Assembly: GCA_965233585.1 (NCBI GenBank)
Contig: CBDDTI010000747.1
Location: 1 to 64,000 of the forward strand
Direction: 5' to 3'
DNA: 64,000 nucleotides
Source of the DNA: a bacterium
GTDB taxonomy: Bacteria > SAR324 > NAC60-12
Below are positions 18,893 through 28,411 of the stretch, one piece after another (positions within the stretch are counted from its first letter, which is position 1; every line of letters begins with the position of its first letter). Under the pieces are notes generated by a model. That model was not told the DNA's origin and made no database searches. It saw nothing but the letters and a program-made list of their open reading frames with translations. The position numbers and the translations under genes are program-made.

Positions 18893-19652
18893 GGCATTGT
18901 TAAGTAATAAGTGATAGCTGATTATTCCGTTTTGCCATGAACAAAAGAACAGAATATTGTAATGCTTTAAGAGACTTGCTGTAACATTTGGTTTTCCTTC
19001 TCATTCTTGCCAAGAAATGTCTCAAGAGAGAATTATACCCTTCTATCGTGTATGTTTCTGCCTTGGAACATGTATGAATTTCTTTGGGAATGACTTGTTT
19101 GTAAGCCTTGCAGTGATCAGTCATCACCTGAAGAGGTTTTGTTTCCTTGACCTTGTCCCATAAATGCCTACAGGCTTTTGAGTCTCTGTTTCCAAGCACA
19201 CAATTGATAAATTGCTTCCCACATCTATCAACAGCAATCCAGAGCCAGCAGTAGTTTTTTTTGACTGGATGTAGGTGTGCATTTCATCAATTTCCATAAT
19301 TTCAATGTCTGTGTCCTTTCTTAATGCCTTGAGCTGTTCGCCAAAACTACAGACCCAATTATAAACTGAAACATGAGAACAATTCAGCAAACGACCGATT
19401 GACCTGAAACCAAGACCCTCCAAATACAACTCTAATGCTCTTCTTTTGATCTGTGGTGAGATTTGACCACGATAGGACTTGGTATATTGATAGTTGCAGG
19501 CATTGCAACGCCTCCTCGGTTTACCATATAAAAAACCATTCTTAACCGTCTTCTCACTTTCACATCTAGGACACAACTTCATTGCTACACCATGACTATC
19601 AATTCAATTAAATGAACTTAATATCGCATATCACTTATAGTTTAACAATACC
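18893..19652 (-). mobile_element. IS1-family element copy B2 (760 bp)
   Basis: Same IRs and ORFs (19124-19582, 18900-19199) as 2124-2883, with only a few SNPs seen. No target duplication. Confidence 0.95.
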
Positions 19653-19795
19653 AAAAAAAGAATGAGTCAGCAGAGAGGCTAACCTAAAACTAAAAATGAG
19701 GAAGGAAAAAGTCTGCTCACTCTTTTCAAAGAACATCAAAGAACGAATTGAAAACTAAAAAAGAAAGTAACGAAAAATGAGCAGCGAAGACAAAG

Positions 19796-20389
19796 TTAAC
19801 TTAAACTCTGGTTTGGGGAAGTGATGCGGAGTTGTCCTGATTCTTCTTCTAAGATGTAAATCCCTAAAGACTTCGCTTTTTCTAACACTTTGGGTTGAAT
19901 CACTTCTGCAGCAATGCCCAGACGAATGTTGCCTTTGTATCTGGGATAAGCCTGTTCTAAAAAATCCCGCTGCTTGAAAAGCTGGTCAAAGGTTTTCATC
20001 TTCGGATGGTGCTTCACTTCTATCAAAAACAACTGGGTGTCATTACGCATGATGATGTCGCATTCTGTCTGAATAACACCTTCCTTCATAATCTGCATTC
20101 CTTTTTCTACATGGTCATAATGAATGCCATCTACCATCTCCATATTAGAAAGACTTTCTGCATAACGTTTTTCATACTTCTCGCTTTCAACGTCTGTGTA
20201 ACGTCCTATTTGTTTGGCTAAATCAGACAACACCTGATCCATCTTTGCCTCCCGTTCTTTACGTTCTTGCTTCCATCTTTCAAAATCTGCATCACGTCTG
20301 GCTTGCAATTCTGCTTCTTGCTTTTCACGCTCTGCTTGGGCTTTGATGCTGTCTTCTAAAATCTTTTCTATGCGGTCTAATCTGTCCAT
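19796..20389 (-). CDS. Coiled-coil + PD-(D/E)XK nuclease-like protein, array copy 2 (197 aa)
   Basis: AAGGTG RBS, MDRLDRIEKILED start; C-terminal domain nearly identical to copy 1. Confidence 0.8.
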   Translation of the reverse strand: MDRLDRIEKILEDSIKAQAEREKQEAELQARRDADFERWKQERKEREAKMDQVLSDLAKQIGRYTDVESEKYEKRYAESLSNMEMVDGIHYDHVEKGMQIMKEGVIQTECDIIMRNDTQLFLIEVKHHPKMKTFDQLFKQRDFLEQAYPRYKGNIRLGIAAEVIQPKVLEKAKSLGIYILEEESGQLRITSPNQSLS

Positions 20390-20858
20390 TTTCAAACACC
20401 TTTAAAAGTTAGATTTGAATAAGATCGGGTTAAGAGAGAATCTAAATAACTAGAATCCTCAAAACGTCAAAAATAACTATAAAACAAATTACAAAAAAAG
20501 ACATTCTCAAATTGCATTTGAAATAATCAAAAAACAGAAGAAAACTAAAGAATGAATCAAAAAATGAATTGACAGACTAGAAAGAACAGAAAAAGAAAGA
20601 AGGAAGGAAGGAAAGAGCTGACTCGCTCTTGAAAAGAAAATCTTGCAAAGAAAATTGAAAACAGGAAAGGGACAGAAAAAGAAAGAAGGAAGGAAAGAGC
20701 TGACTCGCTCTTTCAGAAAAAAAAGAATGAGTCAGCAGAGAGGCTAACCTAAAACTAAAAATGAGGAAGGAAAAAGTCTGCTCACTCTTTTCAAAGAACA
20801 TCAAAGAACGAATTGAAAACTAAAAAAGAAAGTAACGAAAAATGAGCAGAGGGAAGGA

Positions 20859-21506
20859 TTAGTCTAAGCTCTGGTTAGGGGAAGTGATGCGGAGTTCTCC
20901 CGATTCTTCTTCTAAAATGTAAATCCCTAAAGACTTTGCTTTTTCTAACACTTTGGGTTGAATCACTTCTGCGGCAATGCCAAGACGAATGTTGCCTTTG
21001 TATCTGGGATAAGCCTGCTCTAAAAAATCCCGCTGCTTGAAAAGCTGATTAAAAGTTTTCATCTTCGGATGGTGCTTCACCTCTATCAAAAACAGCTGCG
21101 TGTCATTACGCATGATGATGTCGCACTCCACCTGACCTAAATCCTTGTTCGCAATACACATTCCCTCTTCTACATTGTCATAATGAATCCCATCTACTGT
21201 CTCCATTCTGGTTAGACTTTCTGCATAACGTTTCTCATACTTCTGACTTTCAATGTCTGTGTAACTGCCTAGTTGCTTGGCTAGATTAGACATCACCTCA
21301 TCCAGCTTTGCTTCCCGCTTTTCACGTTCTTTCTTCCATCTTTCAAAGTCTGCATCTCGTTTGGCTTGCGCTTCTGCTTCTTTTGCCTGCCACTTAGCAA
21401 AGTCTGCATCTCGTTTAGCTTGTGCTTCTGCTTCTCGTTTTTCACGCTCGGCTTGTGCCTTCGCATTGTCTTCTAAAATCTTTTCTATGCGGTCTAATCT
21501 GTCCAT
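20859..21506 (-). CDS. Coiled-coil + PD-(D/E)XK nuclease-like protein, array copy 3 (215 aa)
   Basis: GAGGTG RBS; same architecture, ECD...IEVK motif. Confidence 0.8.
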   Translation of the reverse strand: MDRLDRIEKILEDNAKAQAEREKREAEAQAKRDADFAKWQAKEAEAQAKRDADFERWKKEREKREAKLDEVMSNLAKQLGSYTDIESQKYEKRYAESLTRMETVDGIHYDNVEEGMCIANKDLGQVECDIIMRNDTQLFLIEVKHHPKMKTFNQLFKQRDFLEQAYPRYKGNIRLGIAAEVIQPKVLEKAKSLGIYILEEESGELRITSPNQSLD

Positions 21507-21725
21507 TTTCAATCACCTCAAAAGTTAGTTTTGGATAAGAGTAGGTTTAAGAGAGAATCCAAGTTGCTAGAATCCTCACATCCAACACAAAATACGATAA
21601 CTCAAAAATCAACAAAAAGACATTCTTAATTAGGATTTGAAACAATCCAAAACAAAAGAACACCAAAAAACGAATTGAAAACGAACAAGAAAGTCACAAA
21701 AAATGAGAATGGAGAGAGGAAAGGG

Positions 21726-22520
21726 TTAACTTAAACTCTGGTTAGGGGAAGTGATGCGGAGTTCTCCCGATTCTTCTTCTAAAATGTAAATTCCTAAAGA
21801 CCTTGCTTTTTCTAGCACTTTGGGTTGAATCACTTCTGCAGCAATGCCAAGACGAATGTTGCCTTTATATCTGGGATAAGCCTGCTCTAAAAAATCCCGC
21901 TGCTTGAAAAGCTGATTAAAGGTTTTCATCTTCGGATGGTGCTTCACCTCTATCAAAAACAGCTGCGTGTCATTACGCATGATGATGTCGCACTCCACCT
22001 GACCTAAATCCTTGTTCGCAATACACATTCCCTCTTCTACATTGTCATAATGAATCCCATCTACTGTCTCCATTCTGGTTAGACTTTCTGCATAACGTTT
22101 TTCATACTTCTGACTTTCAATGTCTGTGTAATTGCCTATCTGTTTGGCTAAATTAGACATCACCTCATCCAGCTTTGCCTCTCGTTCTTTACGTTCTTTC
22201 TTCCATCTTTCAAAATCGGCATCTCGTTTGGCTTGTGCTTCAGCTTCTCGCTTTTCACGCTCGGCATCTCGCTTTTCACGCTCGGCATCTCGTTTGGCTT
22301 GTGCTTCAGCTTCTCGTTTTTCACGCTCGGCATCTCGCTTTTCACGCTCTGCTTCCCATTTCTCACGTTCTGTTTGTGCTTTAGCTTGTGCTTCAGCTTC
22401 TCGTTTTTCACGTTCTGCTTCTAGCTCTTTTTTCCACGCTGCAAACTCTGCGTCTCGTTGGATTTGTGCTTTGGCACTTTCTTCCAAGATTCTTTCTATT
22501 CTATCTAAACGTTCTGACAT
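21726..22520 (-). CDS. Coiled-coil + PD-(D/E)XK nuclease-like protein, array copy 4 (264 aa)
   Basis: MSERLDRIE start as in copy 1; expanded 21-bp (D/E)AEREKR repeats; C-terminal domain like copy 3. Confidence 0.8.
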   Translation of the reverse strand: MSERLDRIERILEESAKAQIQRDAEFAAWKKELEAEREKREAEAQAKAQTEREKWEAEREKRDAEREKREAEAQAKRDAEREKRDAEREKREAEAQAKRDADFERWKKERKEREAKLDEVMSNLAKQIGNYTDIESQKYEKRYAESLTRMETVDGIHYDNVEEGMCIANKDLGQVECDIIMRNDTQLFLIEVKHHPKMKTFNQLFKQRDFLEQAYPRYKGNIRLGIAAEVIQPKVLEKARSLGIYILEEESGELRITSPNQSLS

Positions 22521-22635
22521 CACCACTCCTTGACAATGAATGCACAACAATCAAAAAACTCTAGTCTAACAGAGGCTTCTTAGAAAAAGAAGACACACCA
22601 AGACCTCAAGACTTCACAAACAAGAGCAAGAAAGC

Positions 22636-22777
22636 AAAAAACCTGCTCACTTCTGAAAAAACAATCAAAAAACTGATTGAAAACTAGAAAGGACAGAAAA
22701 ACAAAGAAAGGAAAAAACCTGCTCACTTCTGAAAAAACAATCAAAAAACTGATTGAAAACTAGAAAGGACAGAAAAA
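22636..22777. repeat. 66-bp perfect direct repeat (76-bp period) in the array spacer
   Basis: AAAAAACCTGCTCACTTCTG...GGACAGAAAAA at 22636-22701 and 22712-22777. Confidence 0.9.
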
Positions 22778-22958
22778 GGAAGAAGGAAGAAAGGAAAGAG
22801 CTGACTCACTCTTTCAGAAAAAAAGAATGAGTCAGCAGAGAGGATAAACTAAAACTAAAAATGAGGAAGGAAAAAGTCTGCTCACTCTTTTCAAAGAACA
22901 TCAAAGAACGAATTGAAAACTAAAAAAGAAAGTAACAAAAAATGAGCAGAGGGAAGGA

Positions 22959-23519
22959 TTAGTCTAAACTCTGGTTTGGGGAAGTGATGCGGAGTTGCCC
23001 TGATTCTTCTTCTAAAATGTAAATCCCTAAAGACCTTGCTTTTTCTAACACTCTCGGATGAATCACTTCTGCTGCAATGCCAAGACGAATGTTGCCTTTG
23101 TATCTGGGATAAATCTGCTCTAAAAAATCCCGCTGCTTGAAAAGCTGGTCAAAGGTTTTCATCTTCGGATTGTGCTTCACTTCTATCAAAAATAGCTGGA
23201 TGTCATTGCGCATGATGATGTCACATTCTGTTTGACCTAAATTCTTGTCAATAATCCACACTCCTTTTTCTACATGGTCATAGTGAACCCCATCTACAGT
23301 CTCCATTTTAGCAAGACTTTCTGCATAACGTTTCTCATACTTCTGACTTTCAATGTCTGTGTAACTGCCTAGTTGCTTGGCTAGATTAGACATCACCTCA
23401 TCCATCTTTGCCTCCCGCTTTTCACGTTCTTTCTTCCATCTTTCAAAATCTGCGTCCCGTTCTGCTTGTGCTTTGGCATTGTCTTCTAAAATCTTTTCTA
23501 TGCGGTCTAATCTGTCCAT
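22959..23519 (-). CDS. Coiled-coil + PD-(D/E)XK nuclease-like protein, array copy 5 (186 aa)
   Basis: Shortest coiled coil; same C-terminal domain with a third variant of the variable patch. Confidence 0.8.
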   Translation of the reverse strand: MDRLDRIEKILEDNAKAQAERDADFERWKKEREKREAKMDEVMSNLAKQLGSYTDIESQKYEKRYAESLAKMETVDGVHYDHVEKGVWIIDKNLGQTECDIIMRNDIQLFLIEVKHNPKMKTFDQLFKQRDFLEQIYPRYKGNIRLGIAAEVIHPRVLEKARSLGIYILEEESGQLRITSPNQSLD

Positions 23520-23733
23520 TTTCAAACACCTTTAAAAGTTAGATTTGAATAAGATCGGGTTAAGAGAGAATCTAAATAACTAGAATCCTCACATCCAACA
23601 CAAAATACAATAACTCAAAAATCAATAAAAAGACATTCTCAAATTGCATTTGAAACAATCCAGAACAAAAAAACCAAAAAACGAATTGAAAACAGAAAAG
23701 GGACAGAAAAAGAAAGAAGGAAGGAAGGAAAGA

Positions 23734-23844
23734 GCTGACTCACTCTTTCAGAAAAAAAAGAATGAGTCAGCAGAGAGGATCACCTAAAACTAAAAATAGG
23801 TAAGGAAAAAACGCCTACTCACTCCTTAAAAAAGAATGAGCAGG
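23734..23844 (-). terminator. Two stacked terminator-like hairpins downstream of the large lipoprotein gene
   Basis: Minus strand: CCUGCUCAUUCUUU..AAGGAGUGAGUAGG+CGUUUUU (23814-23844) and GCUGACUCAUUCUUU..AAAGAGUGAGUCAGC+UCUUUCC (23734-23771). Copies also at 22800-22836 and 20699-20736. Confidence 0.7.
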
Positions 23845-23899
23845 GAAAAGAGACAAGAGAAAAGGACAGCAAGGCTATCCTTGACTTTTTGGGAACAGA

Positions 23900-26800
23900 C
23901 TAGAAATTTCCGTTAGGCGTAGAATTTGTTGCTGCAGCATCATCTGTTGCTTGATTACCTGCTGAATCATAAACCCCAGACTTAATTTTAGCAGCAGAGA
24001 AAGTATCAGAACCACTAAGTGTTGCTAGTGTCCCAACACCACCACCAACAACGCTAGCAATAGGTAAGGTTAAGATTTTCTTGTCAGAATTAAAAGAACC
24101 AGCAGTAACTGTAAATGATTCGTTTGCATCAGAGTATCCAGTAGCACCTTTAAAAGTTGCTATTTCATTACCATTTGTTGCTGATGTTCCATGATAGATA
24201 GTAAATAAGCCAGAAGTTTGAGTATAGGTAATGTAATAATCAGCTTCTGCCGTACCGCCTACATCGCCATCAAAGTCAACATCTATAGCTTCAGGGAAAG
24301 TGATTGTTATCTTATCACCAACCTCAATTTTATAAGCTGTATTAGCAGAAGTCTTGCCAGCTATAGCAATAGAGGAGATGACAGGTTTAGTGTTATCGAA
24401 AGTGACTGCTAATTTAGAACTAGCAACTGAAACATTACCTGCTGCATCTTTGAGGAACAAATACAAATCTTTGCTAGCTCCAGCACTTGGAAGTAAGCCT
24501 GTATGACCTGAAAGATCAACATCAGTTTTATTCAAGTTTGTTGCTGAAGTGACTGAAACCCAACCGCTATTGCCACTAGATTTACTTGCATCTTTTGCTG
24601 GCGCAGGCGGTTTAGTCCCTCCTGTGGCAACTGAAATAGCATAGTAAGCCGTTACTCCAACTGTATCTGTTCCTGTGATGGTAAAATTATCACCAGCAGC
24701 CTTAATCAAAGCTGTCCCTGTTTGAGAACCAACTTTGATGGCTGGACTTGCTGGTGCAGTACTGTCTGGATTTGGCAGAGTGAACTTGGCATCAGTTCCA
24801 GTATGACTCGCAGCATTGCCTGCAACATCTTTGACCTTGTTTTGTTTAGGAGTCAAAGCATTGCCTGCTTTTATATCTGCCAAACTTCCACCAGACACTA
24901 AAGTTATGACCCACTCATCATCAGCTGCTCCACTTCCTGTTTTGCTGTCAATCGTAGAATTTCCTAAATTGGGTGTTCCACTCGCAGCAGTGCCTTTAAC
25001 AATGGCAAAGAAAGTTGATGCTGTTTTGTTAGAACTGCTCCAACCATCTAAAGCTACTGTCTCATCAAATTTCAGTGTAATCGTGTCATTAGCATTATAA
25101 GCACTGTCAGTGTTTGTATCTGTAAAGACAACAGGATTAGAAGAGTCTGCTTTGGGAGCAGTCTTGTCTGAAGCTGGCAAAGTAAACTTAGCATCATTGC
25201 CAGTATGATTCGCAGCATTGCCTGCAGCATCTTTGACCTTACCTGATTTAGGAGTCAAAGTATTGCCTGCTTTAATGTCTGCAAGACCTCCACTATTCAC
25301 TAAAGTTATGACCCACTCATCATCAGCTGCTCCACTTCCTGTTTTGCTATCAATGGTAGAAGCACCTAAATTGGGCGTTCCACTTGCTGCAGAACCTTGA
25401 GCAATGGCAAAGAAAGTTGAGGCTGCTTTGTTAGAACTGCTCCAACCATCTAAAACTACTGGCTCATCAAATTTCAGTGTAATCGTGTCATCAGCATTAT
25501 AAGCACTGTCAGAGTCGTTATCTGCAAAGACAACAGGATTAGAAGAGTCTGCTTTGGGAGCAGTCGTGTCTGAAGCAGGAGCTTGCCCGCCAGCAGTTGC
25601 GATTTTTTTGGAGACGATTTGGCTTGCCATTTTGTTTGGAGTAGCCGCTTTGTCTTTGATGACGTTTGCTTGGAACTTGACGAAGACATACTTGCCTGCC
25701 ACTAAAGCAGTTTGGTTAGGCAAAGTGATGGTCAGTTGAGTTTGGTCATTTTTTGCACTCCAAGCGATTTTTTTGGCAGTCAGTTTTGTGCCTGCAGAAC
25801 TCCCTGCTGTGCCATCTACGCTTAACTCTGCAATCAAATTGCTGACTTCGGTGATTGAGGTGTCTATCACTTCACTAAATTCCACCACAACTTTTCGTCC
25901 ATTGCCTGAAAATCTTGGGCTCACGTCTGCAAGTTCTGCAGTGGGTTTGGTTGTGTCTTTGACACCAGAGACAGTGATAGCATTGTCTGTTGCATCAGCC
26001 ACAGCTGTTTTGGCTTCGATGAATCCTGCAGCGGCTGCTAGGTTGTAAGTTGTATCATCTGAAGACTTGGTTCCATTTGTATCTAAAACGGCATCAATCG
26101 CTGTTTTGGCAGTGCCTTTAAAAGTCACAGTGGCTTTGGTCGCACTATCAGCACCAATGGTAGTTGTATTATCACCAGAACCAGCAGCTAGGGTCACATC
26201 AGAACCCTTCCCTTGAACTTTTAGCTTAGTGATGTCCCAGCCATCTGTTGCGGTTGCCAAATCTTGCCCTGTGATGACTAACTTGCCAGTAGAGGCATCG
26301 TAAGTGGCACTTTCAATGACAGGGTCGCCTGCGGCAACAACCTTAATGGTGTAAGTGATGGTGACTTTGGAGTCTCTGTGTTTCTTACTTGAAAGAGTGA
26401 CGTCCACGATGGCAGTGTTTGCGTCTGTGAGCTTGGCGTGGTCAAAAGTGATGGCACTGCTAGCGACTAAATAGCCATCGTCGCCTGTTCCTGGAGTTGA
26501 ATTTTTCTCAACTTTTGAGACTGTTGGATTCACTAGTGCAGACATACCTGTTGCAGTTTTTGCTGAGGCTAAGATGTCGGCTGTGCTGATGGTGAGACCT
26601 GTTGAAGTGACAGTGACGCTTTCAGCTTTGGTAGCATCTGCTACTTTCGCTCCTTTGTGAGCTGTGTTGGAACATTGGATGTCAGAGATTTTTCCGCTTG
26701 AACTGACTTTGAGACAAAGGTTTCCTGCAGCAATGTAGTCATCGTGGCTTGAACTGTCCTTGGTGTATGTTTTCCAAGTGAGACCACCATCGGTTGAATA

Positions 26801-28411
26801 TTCATAAGTGTAGCCTGATTTTTGACCATCAAAAGTGATTTTTCCATCGTCTCCCACACTGATTTTAGAAGGTGCAGTGTAACCGTCGTCTTCTGTCACT
26901 TTGGTTTCTTTTTTGTCAATCTGTTTTGCATAAACAACCCAGTCAGAAGCTAGGTATTTGCCTTCAGAGGCTTTGACACGGACGCCAAGTTGGTTGGCTT
27001 GCACTTGAGCATCACCAAAATTATAAGGTGCTGTACAATCTTCAATTTTGTCAGCAGTCGCACTTGAGCCTGCTTTGGTACATTCATACTTTGCACCTGT
27101 TACCATGGAGAATGAAAGTTCTCTTGCCACTTTGTCAATGTTATCGTCAGCAATGGCATTAGGTTTGTCCATTTTGGGAAGTGCCTGCTTGGCAACAGTG
27201 ATTTTGGCACTTTTGGCTGCATCAGACGCCAAATAAGCTTTGGTGGCTTTGGTGCGGACACTGAGTTCTTTGTCTTTAATTTCTGCGAGGTCTTTGACAA
27301 CATCATTGCTTTGGCAGTCAAACCAAGACTCTCCACCTTCAAGCTGGCACTCATAATAGCCGGGTGCATCTGCTCCAGTAGGTTTTGGTTTGTCAGCATT
27401 TGTAATCGTGATGACACCATTTGCGACTGCGACTGATTTAGGTGCAGTGGCTTTTGCAGTCACGTCTGCATTAGGCTCCACAGATTTTGCTGGTTTGATA
27501 GACAGAGTGATTGGATAAGTTTTTTTAATTGAATCAATGGCAGCGTTGGTATAAGTGGCTGTCACTAACGTAGAACACTTCCCAACAGCAAGCTTGGAGG
27601 CTGTGGCGAACTTCCCTTTGGCATTAGCTGTGTCTTCAATCGTGAAACAACCATTGTTGGCTGGGACGTAAGTTGCAGCCAAGGTGAACCCTTGTACATC
27701 TACGGTAGAAGACAACGTAAACCCTTTGAATTGTTCTGCAGCAACAGCATGCTTGTTAGCAACGATGGTGCTGAACAGATGCGTTCGGCTCTCTTTAGCA
27801 GTAATCAATCGCTTATTCTTTTTAGGATTGTCCGTTTGAAGTGCAGCTTTGACGACAACCCGAGTGACTTCTTCGTTTTGGGCAAATTCATCTGGATCAA
27901 CATTGAAGTCAATCTTATTGATTTCAGCAGGGGCGTCTTTGACATGTTCCAAATTGATTCCGTTGGAGGGGTCTCCGTCTGCATCAAGGGTTTGAACAAA
28001 GCGTGCAAAGTTTTCTACAGCATCAGTGATTTGTTCACCATCTTCTACAAAGATGTCAGCAGGGCTGAGGATTTTGTCTGCCCCAGCCTTGCCTAATTCT
28101 GTTTCAGCAGGGACTTGGAATTTGGCAATCTCCACTCCACCGAGCGAGAACGCCACGTCTTTGCCTGAAAAGTATTTAAACTTTCCTTCTTTGTCAGTCG
28201 TGCCAGACTTGCTAGCAGACTTATAATCCACACCTGCCACAGCACTATCCACGAAGTATCCCACTTTCGCTTCTGCTTCTGCAGGTTGATCTCCAGCGAC
28301 AGCTTCCTTCTTTTCGGAAGTGCTACTATCGTTGTTATTAGCACATGACAGCACCATCGCTGACGTCAAACCGAAAGCCGCAATGTATGCAAATTTTTTA
28401 AGCATGTTCAT
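23900..28411 (-). CDS. Large surface lipoprotein / adhesin with Ig-like repeats (1503 aa)
   Basis: AAGGAG RBS, lipobox VLSC, adhesin-type GYFVDSAVAGVDY...TDKEGKF and LDADGDPSNGI segments, repeated DTT(K/A)P Ig-like modules, A/T/S/G/D/K-rich composition. Confidence 0.88.
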   Translation of the reverse strand: MNMLKKFAYIAAFGLTSAMVLSCANNNDSSTSEKKEAVAGDQPAEAEAKVGYFVDSAVAGVDYKSASKSGTTDKEGKFKYFSGKDVAFSLGGVEIAKFQVPAETELGKAGADKILSPADIFVEDGEQITDAVENFARFVQTLDADGDPSNGINLEHVKDAPAEINKIDFNVDPDEFAQNEEVTRVVVKAALQTDNPKKNKRLITAKESRTHLFSTIVANKHAVAAEQFKGFTLSSTVDVQGFTLAATYVPANNGCFTIEDTANAKGKFATASKLAVGKCSTLVTATYTNAAIDSIKKTYPITLSIKPAKSVEPNADVTAKATAPKSVAVANGVITITNADKPKPTGADAPGYYECQLEGGESWFDCQSNDVVKDLAEIKDKELSVRTKATKAYLASDAAKSAKITVAKQALPKMDKPNAIADDNIDKVARELSFSMVTGAKYECTKAGSSATADKIEDCTAPYNFGDAQVQANQLGVRVKASEGKYLASDWVVYAKQIDKKETKVTEDDGYTAPSKISVGDDGKITFDGQKSGYTYEYSTDGGLTWKTYTKDSSSHDDYIAAGNLCLKVSSSGKISDIQCSNTAHKGAKVADATKAESVTVTSTGLTISTADILASAKTATGMSALVNPTVSKVEKNSTPGTGDDGYLVASSAITFDHAKLTDANTAIVDVTLSSKKHRDSKVTITYTIKVVAAGDPVIESATYDASTGKLVITGQDLATATDGWDITKLKVQGKGSDVTLAAGSGDNTTTIGADSATKATVTFKGTAKTAIDAVLDTNGTKSSDDTTYNLAAAAGFIEAKTAVADATDNAITVSGVKDTTKPTAELADVSPRFSGNGRKVVVEFSEVIDTSITEVSNLIAELSVDGTAGSSAGTKLTAKKIAWSAKNDQTQLTITLPNQTALVAGKYVFVKFQANVIKDKAATPNKMASQIVSKKIATAGGQAPASDTTAPKADSSNPVVFADNDSDSAYNADDTITLKFDEPVVLDGWSSSNKAASTFFAIAQGSAASGTPNLGASTIDSKTGSGAADDEWVITLVNSGGLADIKAGNTLTPKSGKVKDAAGNAANHTGNDAKFTLPASDKTAPKADSSNPVVFTDTNTDSAYNANDTITLKFDETVALDGWSSSNKTASTFFAIVKGTAASGTPNLGNSTIDSKTGSGAADDEWVITLVSGGSLADIKAGNALTPKQNKVKDVAGNAASHTGTDAKFTLPNPDSTAPASPAIKVGSQTGTALIKAAGDNFTITGTDTVGVTAYYAISVATGGTKPPAPAKDASKSSGNSGWVSVTSATNLNKTDVDLSGHTGLLPSAGASKDLYLFLKDAAGNVSVASSKLAVTFDNTKPVISSIAIAGKTSANTAYKIEVGDKITITFPEAIDVDFDGDVGGTAEADYYITYTQTSGLFTIYHGTSATNGNEIATFKGATGYSDANESFTVTAGSFNSDKKILTLPIASVVGGGVGTLATLSGSDTFSAAKIKSGVYDSAGNQATDDAAATNSTPNGNF
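24774..25577 (-). repeat. Intragenic tandem duplication, 2 x 402 bp (134 aa)
   Basis: D(T/K)TAPKADSSNPVVF...DAKFTLP occurs twice, at 25176-25577 and 24774-25175. Confidence 0.92.

Noticed and set aside
18870..18905. Hybrid promoter made by the IS1 end upstream of array copy 1
   Set aside because: The best IS-derived -35 (TTAACA) lies 19 nt from the TAGACT -10, which is poor spacing.
18069..23519. Integron cassette array (gene plus attC-like palindrome)
   Set aside because: No RYYYAAC/GTTRRRY boxes bracket the hairpins, there is no integrase, and the genes are paralogs with their own upstream regions.
18069..23519. Diversity-generating retroelement
   Set aside because: No reverse transcriptase in the window, and differences between copies are not confined to adenines.
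19653..23880. CRISPR array interpretation of the intergenic repeats
   Set aside because: The units are degenerate and the sequences between them are themselves repeated, not unique spacers; no cas genes in the window.
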